Shown: piece by piece, positions 22,467-36,312 of the stretch
Layout: the number at the start of each line of letters is the position of its first letter
Position numbering within the stretch: the first letter of the stretch is position 1
NCBI GenBank assembly: GCA_964187785.1
Contig: OZ076418.1
Coordinates: 5,084,001-5,148,000, forward strand
Source of the DNA: Amphiscolops sp. MND2022
Taxonomy: Eukaryota
DNA length: 64,000 nt
Reading direction: 5' to 3'
The notes under the pieces: model-generated
Told to the model about the DNA's origin: nothing
Databases searched by the model: none
The model's input: only the letters and a program-made list of their open reading frames with translations
Position numbers and translations under genes: made by a program

Positions 22467-23350
22467 GTTAGTCACCCGTTTTTGTTCATTTCGCTTATTT
22501 ATTAAACGCTTGAAACTTTGCCGCTTATCGCTTACAGCGCTTATTTTCATTCAGCTTATCGCTTAAGCGGTGTCGCTCACGAAAATTTTGAATTCCGAAA
22601 AATTTCAGTTTAAACTTCACTGATTTAAGCTCTTGAAACTTTGCAGCTTATCGCTTACAACGTTCAATTTCATTCAGCTTATCGCTTAAGCGGTGTCGCT
22701 TATAAAAACAAAGCTGAATTACGGGAAATTTCAATTCAATGAAGGAAAGATTGAATGATTCCCAATAGAACACTGTCGCTAAAAGTTACCCTTACTTAAA
22801 CGCTGCTTAGCATTGCTTACAAAGAATTGGTGAGATTTTCAATCGGTCCCTAATCAATAGAAAAGCGCGTCAATATTTGAATTCGCTACCGCTTATACCG
22901 CTTTCCTGAGAATGATGCCATTTACGTTTTTTCGTGCTTGCGCCATAAGCGTATAATGAATAACCGGTTTACTCGTATTTTGATCAGTTCATTAGTCATG
23001 ATTTTTGGTTAAGTTAGGCCAGATTAGTGTATTTACTGGCTAAATTTATAAAGACAGGATAACGGCTCTTTCATCTTAAACCTACTATTTTTTTTCCAAA
23101 TGTGGGTACTTTCGCTTTTTCAGTGGACTCCGTTAAATCGTACATTCTGAACTTGTGCGGTGAAATCTTTTTTTTTCTACAAATCTTGAACAATGTATCA
23201 ATAAAATATAATGTTTAAGCGTATGGTAGCGACATTCGCTGACTTATAACATCAAATTGTGTCAACACATATTTAACAGTTATAAACTCGGAAAAAAATG
23301 GCTGGTGTTTTTAGCATTCAGTGAAAGTTGCGATCAGGACGCTCTTTCAA

Positions 23351-23678
23351 GGGTTCTAGGACATTACGCCCAAGGAAATTACGCCCAAACGGAAATTACG
23401 CCCAAGGAAATTAGGCTATTCAAAGAGAATAGCAGCGATTTTTTTCAGGTTATTATTTGAAGAGGTTAGCATGTTTGTTGTATGGCTCGGTCGCTTCGCT
23501 CCCTTCGCCAAGTAGCAACATTGAGGCATGGCCATATTGACACGTCGCTCCGCTTCGCTTCGCTCCTGCATTTAGGGCACTAGGTGTATGTGAGCATAGC
23601 TGATTACATTATCGTAATTTCCTTGTGCGTAATTTACATTTGGGCGTAATGTCCGCTTTGGGCGTAATGTCCGGACAC
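23351..23678. mobile_element. Mutator-like MITE with AATTACGCCCAA arrays; family B inside
   Basis: Flanking duplication CTCTTTCAA(G) of 9-10 bp; inverted arms GGACATTACGCCCAA. Confidence 0.75.
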
Positions 23679-24389
23679 CTCTTTCAAGACTTAATTTGAA
23701 AGCTCAATAAGTTTTATAAACTTTTGTGGAAAAACTTGTCAAGTTAATCATTACTCGCAGCATTCAATTTTCGTTCGTTCGTAACAATTTTTAAAAGGCA
23801 ATACTATACTTCCGTTAGAAGATTAAATAGCTCCTGTTTCAACGATAGTTTAGCAGTCCGATTTTAGCCTAGAGGGTTTTTGGTTTTGACGAAGGGAGCA
23901 TTACTGGTGGAAACAAACTGCCGAGTATTTATTTAGTTTGTTATTCTTGTGTCTCTGTGGTTCTCTGAACTGAACTCTCAAACTATCGCTGCTCGTCAGT
24001 GGTGCAGGCGTGCAGTTTGGACGAACAACCGTCTCAGAGGTCCTCAAAATAACTCGAGGCTGTCAAAGTTTACTCAGTTGGTTTACTCAAACGCTTGCAA
24101 TTTGTTATCTTGTTTGAAGTGTAGGCCCACTGAAGTTGTTCAGTTCAGTCGCCGGCCGCTCTTGACCAAGGTTTTTAGGCTCAGTGGCAATGTGCCCGCT
24201 AAAGTAACATGCAGGCGAAATGAGAGGGGTAGAAAGCATTCAGGGGGAGGCGGGATTTTTGTCGCGACAAATTTGTTAGACCATGTTTCTTGGGCAACTT
24301 AAAACAGCAAGAATTCGCCCTCTGGAACAAGTTAGAATTGTATAAAAAAGCCCCTATTTCAACGAAAGTTTTCTCCGCCATGAATTTAA

Positions 24390-24971
24390 CCCCAATCGAC
24401 CTGGGCGTTTTTTTAAAATTTTCGAAAAATTTGCCAAAAAAATTTCAATCATCAATATCTCCACCCACAACTACGCGTACCAGAGGAACGAACTATAGCG
24501 CGTTTGAAAGGTCTGATATTGGGCTTTCATTTTGGTCAGGTGAGCCCCTGTCGCCGCGCGCCCCGTCCTTCAGAATTTTAGTCTCTTTTTCCGGTACCGC
24601 CGCTTCGCGGCAGTTCCGCACTTCGGGGGCTTGTAGTAACAGCAGAATATTATAGGGGTTTGTTGCACCAGGACTTGTTGTGGAAGGGTATGTGGTTGGT
24701 TTTTTCTATTGATCAAAGACTTTTGAGGAAACAGGATTTTGTCAAAATCTGAATTTTGAGAAAATATAACTCTTTTTTTGTGCAAAAAACCCATTTTTCT
24801 CAGGTTTGGAGATATTTTCCCTTTTTCTAATGCTTGTGCCATTCAAATCAATCTAGGTAGAAATTACTTGTTGAAAAAAAACCGTGCTAGAGAAAATGGG
24901 CTACTGGCAAAAGGAATCAGAATTTGGAAGAAAAGGTAGGCTGCTTTAAAGCATCACTAGGTTCATTGGGG
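24390..24971. mobile_element. piggyBac-type MITE (family C), copy 2
   Basis: TTAA-CCCCAATCGACCTG...ATTGGGG-TTAA; near-identical to 10222-10797. Confidence 0.9.
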
Positions 24972-25227
24972 TTAATTGGGCAACTGTGAATCAAAGTAGG
25001 ATTATATAGGATTATACCGACATCAATTATATTAGTGGACAAATGATTTCGATATTTTTTGATGACCGTTTTCTCTCATTTCTTGTTTTTGAATGACGAC
25101 CAATCACGCAAATTATTTCCACACAATATTTTTCTTTACTGGCCTGGTGATTGTTCCGCCATGAGAAGCAACAGTGCGTTCGAAGTTTTTCCAAAGTCCG
25201 TTTTACTAAGCTGGATTCCTTATTTTT

Positions 25228-25595
25228 AGTCGGCGCTTTTTCGTAGAAAAACGCAGACTGTAGTAGTGACTTTTTTTAAGACCAACGAAGTGACAGATTT
25301 TATAAGCTTTATAAGCTGACTTGAACTAACACTAAATGCCACACTACTTCTACTGGCACTTGAGATAGAGGTTAATTAAATTAGGCTTTTTTGAGGTCCA
25401 CTTCTACATTTTTCGGCACTATGCGACTTATCGGAGACCAAAAAAAATTTTGAAGAAAACTTCGAAAAAATGGGATTTTTTTCCAATTTTTTCCTCATGC
25501 GGGTACTGTAGAAGAGAATACCTGACACTTTGAAGTCCTTTTGCTATTTTTGAGCCTTAGATATGGCGCCGACTTGGGCCGTTCCCGGCTTGTTT
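25228..25595 (+). mobile_element. HINE-like family A copy
   Basis: TTTTTAGTCGGCGC start; GGCGCCGACTTGG-GCCG-TTCC-CGGC-TTGTTT end. Confidence 0.75.
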
Positions 25596-26077
25596 GTAAT
25601 AAAGGTGCTAAAGTGCATAGCTCTCGAAATCTTCAAAAATGACAATTAAGCTGGTTATTGTCAGTCGTGATCCCTGCCCCATGAAATGGTATACATCTGT
25701 GTGTAAATCGGAAATTTTTTCTGAATTCAAAATTGTGACCGATATTTTTACGTCTTATACTCTGAGGGAATTTTGAATTTGGACAACCTATTGGTTGCCG
25801 CAAATTTGAATCGCTAATAGAATAAAAATTCTAAAAATCGGCAATGTTTTGGTCACCGGTACCCACTCAGTTTGATGCATACAGTCTTGTGTCCATAAAA
25901 GAATGGAACCCTTGTTTGGTAATAACGTTTGGAACGACGACCTATCATTTTGCACATTTCTGAGAAACTGTCAGATTTTACTGAATTTGATAGAAGCAAA
26001 AATTTCTTGGATTTTTGTCTACTTGTTTGTATTCCTCTAATTTTGGAAGTCTTAACACCAATATGAGACAAAGTTGA

Positions 26078-26314
26078 AAACAAGACGCCCGCGGACCAGC
26101 GGGATATTTTCCGCCCCAAATCATTTGAGTAACAAAATCGTTTTAAGTCCAAAAATCTTTACAAATACATATCGCATGGAACTAAATTTATGTCAGTTGA
26201 ATTCTGTGAATGTACTTCTTCATATTACGTAAACAATAATTCTTGGCAAATTTTGTAAAAAAACCCGTTTGATTTAAATATTTTCCTTTCCCATATGAAA
26301 TATGGGCGGAAAAT
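26078..26314 (-). mobile_element. HINE-like family L
   Basis: Minus strand ATTTTCCGCCCA...GGAAAAAT 5' hairpin; 3' GCGGAAAATAT, hairpin CCGC/GCGG and GCGTCTTGTTT. Confidence 0.6.
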
Positions 26315-27849
26315 AATAATAATTCGTACATGTAAAATGTTGGGAATAGTCACTAATTTCAGAGAAATGAAATGGGCAGAGAAATGAAGTGTTCCAAACG
26401 TTAATACCAATTAGGGTTTCATTCTTTATCACAACACTACTATCATATCAATACCCTCCCCTGTGCTGTGATGAAAATTAGAGAAAGAAATAATTTTCAA
26501 ATATGAAAGTCAACTCACACGCACAGAGAATTTGTGGGAACGGCGTTGAAGATTGACAGTTAACACCATCAATAATTAATTGCATAATGTAAGTTAAAGA
26601 ATAGCATAATGTAAGTTCTTGGAAGTTATCTTCACTTGTCTTGAAAGGAAAAGAAAGATGGAAAAGTGAGATGAAGCCTATGAAGAAGGATCTTGTCCTT
26701 TTGCAAAAGTTGCAATATTGGTTAAAGTATTCAATCTCGAACTTGTCTTAGACAGTGAGTTGGCGTATCTGAAGTGTATGTAACTATAAAGAGATAATAG
26801 GGCTTCTATTTAGAGTTAGTTTATTGCAAAACAATTCATGAATGGGGGAGGGGGTGTGAGGATGCAATATGCAATGAAACACCTTTTATTTGCTGAAATG
26901 TCGCAAACGGGTCATCTGCTAGTATTCACTATTCTGTGTGTCTTTTATTGCTTTCGGCGGCGTTTCACTGTATGGTATCCGTTTCTTTGTTGGATGTCAT
27001 GTATTCACATGTGGATCTGTTCTGTCGACAATAGCCATTAAGTTGGACGAATACCATCTTAATTTTTCGTGTAATTTCATAGTGCACACCATGTTAGGCA
27101 GATAAACAGTTAAAACAGTTAGCCATGTATAGTGACTGCGTTTCAAAAATTTCGATCAATTGTGGAGTAAATTCCAAACACAAAGACCAATCGTCAATTA
27201 ATCAGCTGTTTTTGACTGATTTAATGTTTCGCGATAAGAAATCAAATCATTTGGCTTTTTTGTATCATAGTGTAGAACAACGAAACTATTAAAAACATGT
27301 TTCATGGTTTTTTGTTCTGCCTTTTTTTCTCTTCTTTACAAAAAGTTGCTCCTTGGTTTTCTGAAGGAAAGAGCTCGTTTTCAGCCTGAAGGGTTCCCTT
27401 TTCATGTTTTTTTTCCATTTTCTCATGACGAAATTTCCATCTCTTGTTTCACAATTTATTCATCCTTAAATGCGATGTTTCTCTTACCGGAAACTTTCAA
27501 GTTCTCGGTCGCAATAATTTCAACAAATATAAAAACAAAGAGAGTTAACCCGTAGAAAAAAGCGTTGGATTTTGATTAACTAAGTTAAGTTGACCTCTCA
27601 GAAACTTGCGACTTAAAAAGGTTCTCGCAATTTCTCAGTTCAACTTTTTTAGCACAATTTTAAAGTTAATTATCTATTTGGAATAAGATCCTAACAATAT
27701 ATACTATTCATTTATCTGACGTTTACGGAAACCATTTTTATTATTTCATTTCTGCGATAGCAGGAATATTATTGAAATCTGAAGATGTCTATTTTTTTTC
27801 AGTGAAATTCTTCGCCCGATACTGAATAATTCAGATATTTTGTTTAGCA

Positions 27850-28270
27850 GTGACTGTAAGCGTGGGAATTAAATTTCTCAAGCTGCCGACGACAATTCAA
27901 TTCTCGCGCGATGGAATGAGCGTGTGGTAATTATGCATTCGTACGCTGACGTCATTGATATGAAGCGAGCGAATGTTCGTAATTATGCTTTCGTTGCGCC
28001 GAGTTATTGAGATGAAGCGAATGAGTGTTAATTATTCTTTCGCAGAGAGCTTCGCCTGCATTCAAATATGTATTTGCTTTAGTCCGAGATTTGCTACTAT
28101 TACTACTAAAAGACTGAATAACAGATTTAAAGGCGGTATAAACTGCCACAGTGATTAATTGTGCGCTAAATAATGATAAAACAGGAGTGTACTGGTATTC
28201 CAGATATGATTCTATCATTAATGAAAGGTTAAAGCAGAAATAATAGTGTGCCCCAGAGAGGCCTATTTTT
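27850..28270 (+). repeat. Family K dispersed repeat
   Basis: Colinear similarity to about 56747-57120 (TTTCTCAAGCTGCCGACGACAATTC, GAGATGAAGCGAA, GAGCTTCGCCTGCATT, AAAGGCGGT). Confidence 0.7.
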
Positions 28271-28892
28271 GTTTCTGGAAAATTTTGCGAAAACAGATCA
28301 AACCTTTGAAATTGCAAAGTTAGTCATCATAATACTTTCTCATATGACTTCAATTCAAAATATATCATTCTGGTTTAAAACTGAGAAATGTCTTTGAGAT
28401 ACTTTCTCACATGAAACTTTGAAACTTTCTAAATGAGTGCATTACAGGAAGTATTTCGGCGCCCCAAGTTGGTGCAGCGCTCAAGGTTCAAAAAGAGCAA
28501 TTTCAAGGCACAACTATTGTGAAACTTCTTAATCATCATACAGTGCAAAAAATTGCCCGAAAGGGTACCCTCGAGACACTAAAAAGTTTTTTCCTGGAAA
28601 CCAGAAAAACTGCAAACATTTGAGAAAAAATCAAAAAAATTTTCCAAAAGTCGCATAAGGCCGAAAGTTCAAAGAGGAGATCCTTCAGGCTCGCTATACC
28701 CTCTTTCCGAACCGAAAAGTTCAATAAACTGAAGTATCCTCTGTTGAAAATAAAAAAAATGGAAAAGTCTCAGAGGTTTTCGTGAACTGCGAAAAATATG
28801 TCCATCCTGGGAGTCGAACCCACTCACCCTTGCTTTGCAGCCACGCACTCATCCACTACGCCAAGTGGTACATCGTTCTGAAGATGTTTATT

Positions 28893-29174
28893 ATTTTCCG
28901 CCCACATAACTGGGGGAGGAAAATCATGATCTGTGATGCGTTTTTTTTTACTAATTCTGTCAAAACTCCACTTTATCTCAACTACATTTATGCATTCAGT
29001 TACTTCAATTATGGTGGCTCAATCAGGTTGTAGGTCCTGGGTTCGAACCCGGGTTGGTGCTTGATTTTTTTGTTTCCCAGTCAGTAGGTCGTGGGTTCGA
29101 ACCTCCTTCGTCATACTTTTTTTGCCATAAGCGTGTCGCGGAAAATATACCGTTGCTTAACGGGCGTCTTGTTT
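28893..29174 (+). mobile_element. HINE-like family L with two tRNA box-B-like modules
   Basis: ATTTTCCGCCC...GGAAAAT start; GCGGAAAATATA, CCGTT-GCTT-AACGG and GCGTCTTGTTT end; GGGTTCGAACC twice inside. Confidence 0.65.
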
Positions 29175-29294
29175 GATTTTAGATTGTGGAATAGCTAATT
29201 TTCTTTCAATTCGGTAGGCAGACAATTTTAGACGTCAACAATTAAGAAAATCTATTTTGAAAAGTACTTTAACTGGGCCTTGGAAGGGGCCTAT

Positions 29295-29399
29295 TCATAT
29301 AGCAGAAAATGAAAATTCGGTCCCATAAAGCAGAATTCAAATTCTGCTGTATGCAATATTCTGCTGTATGGGACCGAATTTTCATTTTCTGCTCTATGA
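29295..29399. repeat. About 105-bp near-perfect foldback (mini-MITE)
   Basis: Arms AGCAGAAAATGAAAATTCGGTCCCATA in inverted orientation; no clear TSD. Confidence 0.75.
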
Positions 29400-31106
29400 G
29401 GCTTCTGCTATGTGGGAATTCCCCCTTTGAAAGTCAGCTTATCGGTTCTAAAACTTTCTCTCACATGTAAAGCATTTTCAGTTATCACTTCTTGGAACGC
29501 AGGAAGTAGCCAGTTTTTCCTTTCCAGAAACATAATTTGTTCCTGTTTCCTGTCTGGCTTTACAGACTGCATCTGAAACATTGGAAACGTGTCCCAAAAA
29601 TGGACTGGAATAATAGAATCTGTGTTTTCATCTCTTTTTAAACTGCTCATCCGTCTGGTAGTATGAATGAAATCCACTTTGAAAACTTCTTCAAAGTATT
29701 CTTTTTTGAGGCCTCGTCTAGATAATGGACACAATTTTCACAATGCTCTTATGCTCTGCAATTTGCAACGTTGCAAAATGAATGTGAGAAAGTGTTCCAG
29801 AATGTTTCCAGACTGACGAAATGTGGACAAAATTGCCGAAAAAGGAAAAAATTTTAAAACGAGGTCGATTGTTTTGAAATTACGTGTATAATGCTTGCCA
29901 TTGTTACATAGTTCTGCAAAATTTCATTCATTCAGTTCATTTTGAAAACTTGAAGTCCTCTCCAGAACTGTTCTATCCGTTCTATTTCTTATTTTCCATT
30001 TGAGTAGTTATTAATTTCAAGTGTTTTTAATTCCCTTTATTATTGCTCTCGTTATTCCTGAAAATTTTGCCGACATGTCAAAATCTACAAGTTAAAATCT
30101 AGACAGAATCTAAGTTGAAATCTAAATAAACTGGCATCGAAATTGGTTGTATCACTCGGTGTTTCTCTTTCCGCGGCGCTTTGCGCCCCTCCGGGTAGGC
30201 CTTCGTCAAAACCAGCCACTGGACTAGTAGTGGCACGTCACTCCGCTTCGCTCCTGTATTGAGGGCTTTATCGGTATGTGAACGTAGTTAATCATGATTC
30301 TCTAATTTAGAGATTTTGGTGTATATTTTAACATGGATTTTGAATTGATACCGGTTTCATTTAAGTTTGACTGATTTTGCAGAATTCTAACCAGAACTTA
30401 TTTATTGCGGTATCCTCAGGACTGTACGCACTGTTGAGGGTTTTTTCGCTGTAGAAGATTCCTAAGTTCAATATTGTAACAGCGTTTCAAACTTCTTCGC
30501 TAGTTGGTTTCCTTCATTTTACGCCACAACAATTCTTGGGCTTGATTAGCGCAATTAGCCCCGTTTTTTGAGTTTTCAGAGACCTATTTTTGGAAACGGC
30601 GTGATGATTTAATTTCACGAACAGTTGAAAATGTCCTTTCGTTGAAAAAGACGGGAACCCATTGGTCTCGGATAGTTTCGAGGATACGATAAATACTGTG
30701 AAAGAATTCAAAGGAAATACCCTATAGGCTCCTTGGGTAACCTATAGAACTTAGGCGTTAAGTCTGTAAAAGTGGACCATTCCACAAAAACTGAAAAACT
30801 TTGAAGTCTGTGCTTTGACGAGAAAAAGAGACGACTAACAAACCAGGAATGGCCCAAGTCGGCGCCCGATCAACTTAAAAAAGAAAACAAGTATGTTGAA
30901 CATGCAAAGCATACTGTTGATGGAATTTCTTCAATTTTACAGTGCCGAAATGTACCCGAAAGGATACGAGAAAGTCTCGAAAACCACTTTTTCCCAACGG
31001 GAAACAACAAAAACATTTTTTCAAAACTTATTTTTTTTCAAAAAAATTTTTCGGAAAGTCTCACAGTGCCGAAAATGGAGCTCGTAAAACGCTTTCTTTC
31101 TAGCCG

Positions 31107-31412
31107 AAAATTTTTGTGAAGAAATATTTCAAAACATTTGCTTCTAATTTTTGTTTTTGAAGATTTCTGTAAGCAAATCTTTATTTGAGTCCTAAAGGTG
31201 AGTTCAAACAGATTCTTTTCGAAGAAAACCGCTCACTGCCGAAAAATGCCGTGTCTTTTCCACAATTATTGAGAAAACTGTCATCAGTTTTGCAGGACCA
31301 AAAAATAATCATTGAGGTCACCTTTAGGACTCGAATAATGATTTGTTTACAGAAATCTTCAAAAACAAAAATCAGAAGCAAATGTTTCTAAATATTTCTT
31401 CACTAAATTTTT
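31107..31412. repeat. Long inverted repeat (about 100-bp arms), MITE-like
   Basis: GAAGAAATATTT...GAGTCCTAAAGGTGA mirrored by TCACCTTTAGGACTC...AAATATTTCTTC. Confidence 0.75.
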
Positions 31413-31504
31413 GTTTAAAAAATCTGCTTCCCAGACCTCGTCACCAGGCCTGGAAATTGAATTACCCCTAGGCCAAGTGGCAGTCAAATGGTACCAAGTT
31501 AACC

Positions 31505-31740
31505 TCCGCCTCCTCCTTAGTCGAACACATTTTACTTCGGATACAACGTCAAAAGTTCGAATATAATGTGCTGGGCCACATGGGTGCGTTTTTTTCGAAC
31601 CTGCAACTCCTGAGTGAAACGCAAGTTACCTCGGATATAAAGCTTCGGATATAAAGCAATGTTTTCGAACCTCTGCTTCCCCCTTAGTAAAACGCAATTT
31701 ACTTCGGAAATAACGGCTAACTTCAGATATAGAGCAATTC
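31505..31740. repeat. Family G repeat (TTACTTCGGATATAA arrays)
   Basis: Same motif arrays at about 37040-37195 (nested in family A) and 45340-45530 (reverse). Confidence 0.6.
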
Positions 31741-34700
31741 ACAGGAGCAGCTTCTGGCGTGGCGTGCCTTTGACAGCACGAAAAGTAGCTGACGGAAGCA
31801 GTGACTTTAACCCGCGACCACTGGGTTCATAGTGAACCGAATAACCTCTACACTAAAACGTGATGCATACAGAGTGAGCTCTGTGATCTGACGAAAAAAA
31901 AAACGAAAAGCGCCGACTGAACAAAGTGGCCCGTTGAAAAGGCCGACAAAAAAGAGGAAAGAAAACGTTGAAAAGATTGATATTGAATAAATAAATATTT
32001 GCAATATTTGTAAAAATGATTTTGCAAGTCAATCCATCGAACCGATCAATGAATATACTGGTTACTTCGTTGATTGTTTAATGCAGCAGCGCTGAAGCAT
32101 TTGGAAAAATTTTAAATGAAATTCAAGTGGAATGAATCTACTTTTGAACCTTATATTGTTTATCCTCGACAGTACACCGAGAAGTTGAAAAAGTGACAAA
32201 AAATAGGGAAAATTTTTTCAAAGCTTAATTTCTCCACGAATAGTAGTCAGAGGTCGAATCGGTTCTCTGCCTTTCACATGCCGGTTGAACTTTTCGCTGA
32301 AGCTTCATTGAAAAAAAACTTCTATATGCGTTTCTATTGGTGGCAAACTGTGTAACTAGAGTGTGACAGTAACTTAGCAAACAGTTGCTGTGTTATTGAG
32401 AAAAAGTTAATTTTCTAAAAAGTATTTTTTGCAAATGTTCACTTTTTTCAAGTCACCTTTTGGCCGGTGGTTCGGAAAACAAACTATATTGACACAAATA
32501 ACAACTCGCCCCAGGTAGTCCAATAGATTGTTGATGAGAAAAACAATTTCGTTTTCCTATATGCGTTTTGCGTTTCGTAATATTTTTTCGATTGTGAAAA
32601 AATCGCTGTCCTCATTTGAGAACGAAATCACTGTCGAGGTTATATCATCTTGTGGAATATTCGTTACTTTTCGGTGCTTTTTGAGAATGCCTTCTGAGAA
32701 CATGAGAATTTGTGAACTTACAGTAATCGAAGTACTTGATAATTAATTTGAAACGAACTGTGATTATAAACTGATTATAAACAGTTCAAAGCTTCATAGA
32801 ATCAAAATGAACTTCAAAACCACAGAATACTCAACCAATTTAATTGTTTCTCATTCTCAAATGTACAATATTTCAAAATAATGTGGCGTAACTAACCTCA
32901 AACTTACCTCAGATTCAAAAGAGTTGATCAACAATAATTCCAACTATGAGTCAGTGCCCAAGCTATTGTGGATTTCAAATTGGAAACGAGTGCTTTTGGT
33001 AATAAATTCGACTGCAAATCTATTTATCAACTTTATTCTATCTATTGCTACAATAATTGGGTCAATCTTTGACTTCTCGAAACAGATTAGATCAAACCCA
33101 TTTCTCCGAACGTGTATGACTATTTGGTAAATTCTGATAAATTTGTTCGCACTTCTGAAATAATAGTCGAGGTTAGGGAATGAAAAACGGGAATGAGAAG
33201 TTAATATGCTTTGGTGTCTCAGATTTGTCTAGCCTGTTTGGCGCTTCTGTTGGCTCTACTGTTATCGCTACCCTTTCTTTGTGCACGCTTTGAAGTTCAA
33301 ACGGTTGCCGCTATTTTTCCAACGGTCGTTGTCACTTTAACATAACCCACTTTTCAAGCACCGTGACTTATTAGTTTTTCTTTTCCTTTTCATTTCCACC
33401 TTTTGCGTAATCCCAAATACATATCATTTCAACGCTCTCATGTTAATAAAAGTCATTTCCGAGGAAATCGTGGTCTAGGATGGGGCAAAGCTAGCGTGGG
33501 TTTCGTTTCGGGCTGTTTTGTCGTCGGTTTCCTGCCGCTGTTAATTTGTTATCATTGTCGCTTGAGTTGTAAGCAACGGAGCGTGTTATGTATTCCATTT
33601 GTTGACATGCGAAAAACAGCCGCCGGATCTGTGGCTCTAGTACTCCAGAACGAGGCCAGAGTTCCGGAAATTTGAAACCTAACCGGACGGGAAAACCAAA
33701 CGCCGGCGTGTTTGTAAACATAGAGTGCGTCGAACTGTTGATAAGGAAACAAAATCCATTATTAGTCAAACATCGTCCTTGTGCTGCTCAATAATGTAGT
33801 AGCCCAACTTTCATTGAACTATTGCGCCAATTTTGTTGAACATGTTGTTATATTTTCATTATACTGCGGTTCTGTATTGAACAGTAGTGCTATTGTTATT
33901 TGTTATTATTACAGTATTGATATATTACAGTAGTTGTATTGGTGGTATCAATACCGCCATCACAACACGCTTTTCGTGGTACTATCCGGAGGTGTATTGT
34001 TAGTCCTGGATAATAGGCTTAGCTCATTTCCGCCGCTCTTGTTCGTTAGCTCGTACTAACTACTTTTAGTTAGTGATTGTAATAAAAACAGCGCTTACTG
34101 GAATGCAATATTATATTGTAACACCTCACTTTCGGTGTTAACTCAGATAATGCCATTAGATAGAATCGCTATACGCCATTGCTTTACGATTCCTGCTTTA
34201 ACAACATCATTGTTCCACATGTCGACATTTTCTGTTTTCTCGAAATTGTTATCGATATAAAGTGTGATTTTTTCAACGTCCTTTATTTATGTTCATTACT
34301 AGTTAAATTTTTTACTGGTTATATCCAGAAAACTTCGTGTCACATACGTCATCAAACATCTAGCTACACAAACCGTAAAATCCTCATTTCCGAATCCTAC
34401 CTTTTCTGCCTTTCTCCAGACATCCTGTCCTTATTTCCTGATACTCCCAATTCGAGTTTTCGTATTGCAATTGTTTGGTTTGGAATCAGGATTTTTGTCA
34501 GCTTGTTTGTATCTGATTACCTGTTAAATTACACTTCCAGAAACGCAAAAAGTGGATAGTTTTTTTAAACTTCACTTGGAATTTTGAAATAGATTTCAGA
34601 ACCTTAGTTTATTGGTATGGCATTATATACTTCTAGTCAGCGCTGTATTAAACATAGACTGCCTTTTGTATTTGCTTTTTGTTTGCTTTTTTTTCGACAG

Positions 34701-36119
34701 AAATAACCAAGATAGTTGCAAAAAATATAGTATGCGACAGGAGTGTTTGCCAAGTTGCCTTTCCAGAGTCGAATTATTTAGAAACGAATTAAACGAGATC
34801 GAAAATGATGATTTCATTAATAATTTTGGAACCACTGGTCCAGTTTCTCGCTTCGGTGCGCTTTGCGCCCCTCTAGGTCGGCTTTCGTCAAAACCCACCG
34901 CTAGTAAACTAGTGGCACGTCGCTTCGCTTCGTTCCTGCATTTAGGGCAGATATTACTTTCCGCATTTTTCTGCATTGAGGGCTTTAAATCATGTGTTCT
35001 TCGATTTCAAGTTTGGCTGCCGAGTTCTAGGAAACAGCCTAAGATTACACAATTTAGGAAATCCCCATGCTTCAGAAGATACTGTTGTTATGCAATGATG
35101 AAATTACCTGTGACCTTTCTTTTGATACATAACTAGGATCAATCGATTGTTGTGAAATATTCGATGTTCTTGTGCTTGTGTCTTACAAAACTAGCTTAGT
35201 GTTACTAGCTTTCATCGTGTCCTGTTTCTTCGGAGGGCAAGGCTAAACTGTCCCACTCTCGACCAGCTGTGTAAACTGAATGTATTTGTTGCGCAAATAC
35301 TGTTCAAAACGATCTGCCAACCTAACTCGAGTTTACAAGTTGCTGATTCCAACTTAACATCACAGTCAACTGATGTTTTGACGCCCATTCAATATCTCCA
35401 AGTGAGATGTTAAAAGCGATTGAAAGGAAGACATCTGACGAATGAGAGCCTCAAACCAAAGTGCATTGTTAAATTTGTAACATTTCGAAGCGTCCTCAAA
35501 AGTATCCGTCACTTATCTCTGATTCTGATCTTTGTTTAAGTTAAGGTTCAAACCTCCCGATTAGCCCAAAAACCCCAAATATTCGAGCCCTAGCGCCTAC
35601 CAGCGTCTGCTGTTGTTGGTTTAGGTAGAGGCGCGGTTTGCTAATTTAATCACTCATTATTACTAGTTTCGCCAAGTTTGAGAATAGACAAAGATTAGTA
35701 AGGTCGATCTAAGGTGGATTCTGAGTTTTAAGCCGTTGTTGAATTAATGGTTTCGTTACTGCTCTTATTCTATCACAAAGTGAAAAATGTTAAAATCCTG
35801 AAGTCAAAAATCTGAGTCACCGAAAAATTATGAAAGTAAAGTAACAAACACGCAATCTAAATCACACTCGGTTGATTTTTCAAATTAAATTTGTTCAACA
35901 TTCGCCGCTTTTAAAAACTGACGGCCAATTATTTATCAGATCAATTATTAATTATATAGGGGTGTTATATTATAAAGTACACTTTATTAAACGAGCTTGA
36001 ATTCTTTATTTTTTATTACTGTTACGCTTGAATGCATTTCTTGAGGCCACAAAAATCCTGATTTTTTGTTTTTGTACTCAGACGTGTCTTTCTAGTATTC
36101 GTATTTATTACTTGCAATA

Positions 36120-36312
36120 ATGACCAATACTGCAATGAGTTATGGCCCGTCGTTACGTGGGATATTATCCCTGTCCAATGCTTTTCGTCACCAATTTTCG
36201 TTACTATTACTAACTTCTCTGGTTATAAGTCCCGTGGGGTTGGGACTGGGATCCCCCGAAGGAGACAATGGTTCTCCCGGTGCTAGTCAGTCTTTATCGT
36301 CTTGTTCTTCAG
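36120..36312 (+). CDS. Putative alternative first-exon extension (second signal peptide), contiguous with exon 2
   Basis: In-frame M...RHQFSLLLLTSLVISPVGLG...SSCSS runs directly into exon 2; GC-rich relative to the intron; TATAAA at 35971. Confidence 0.5.

Noticed and set aside
34612-35136. 174-aa ORF
   Set aside because: It spans a family-B repeat, has no recognisable motif and no splice-phase fit to the host gene.
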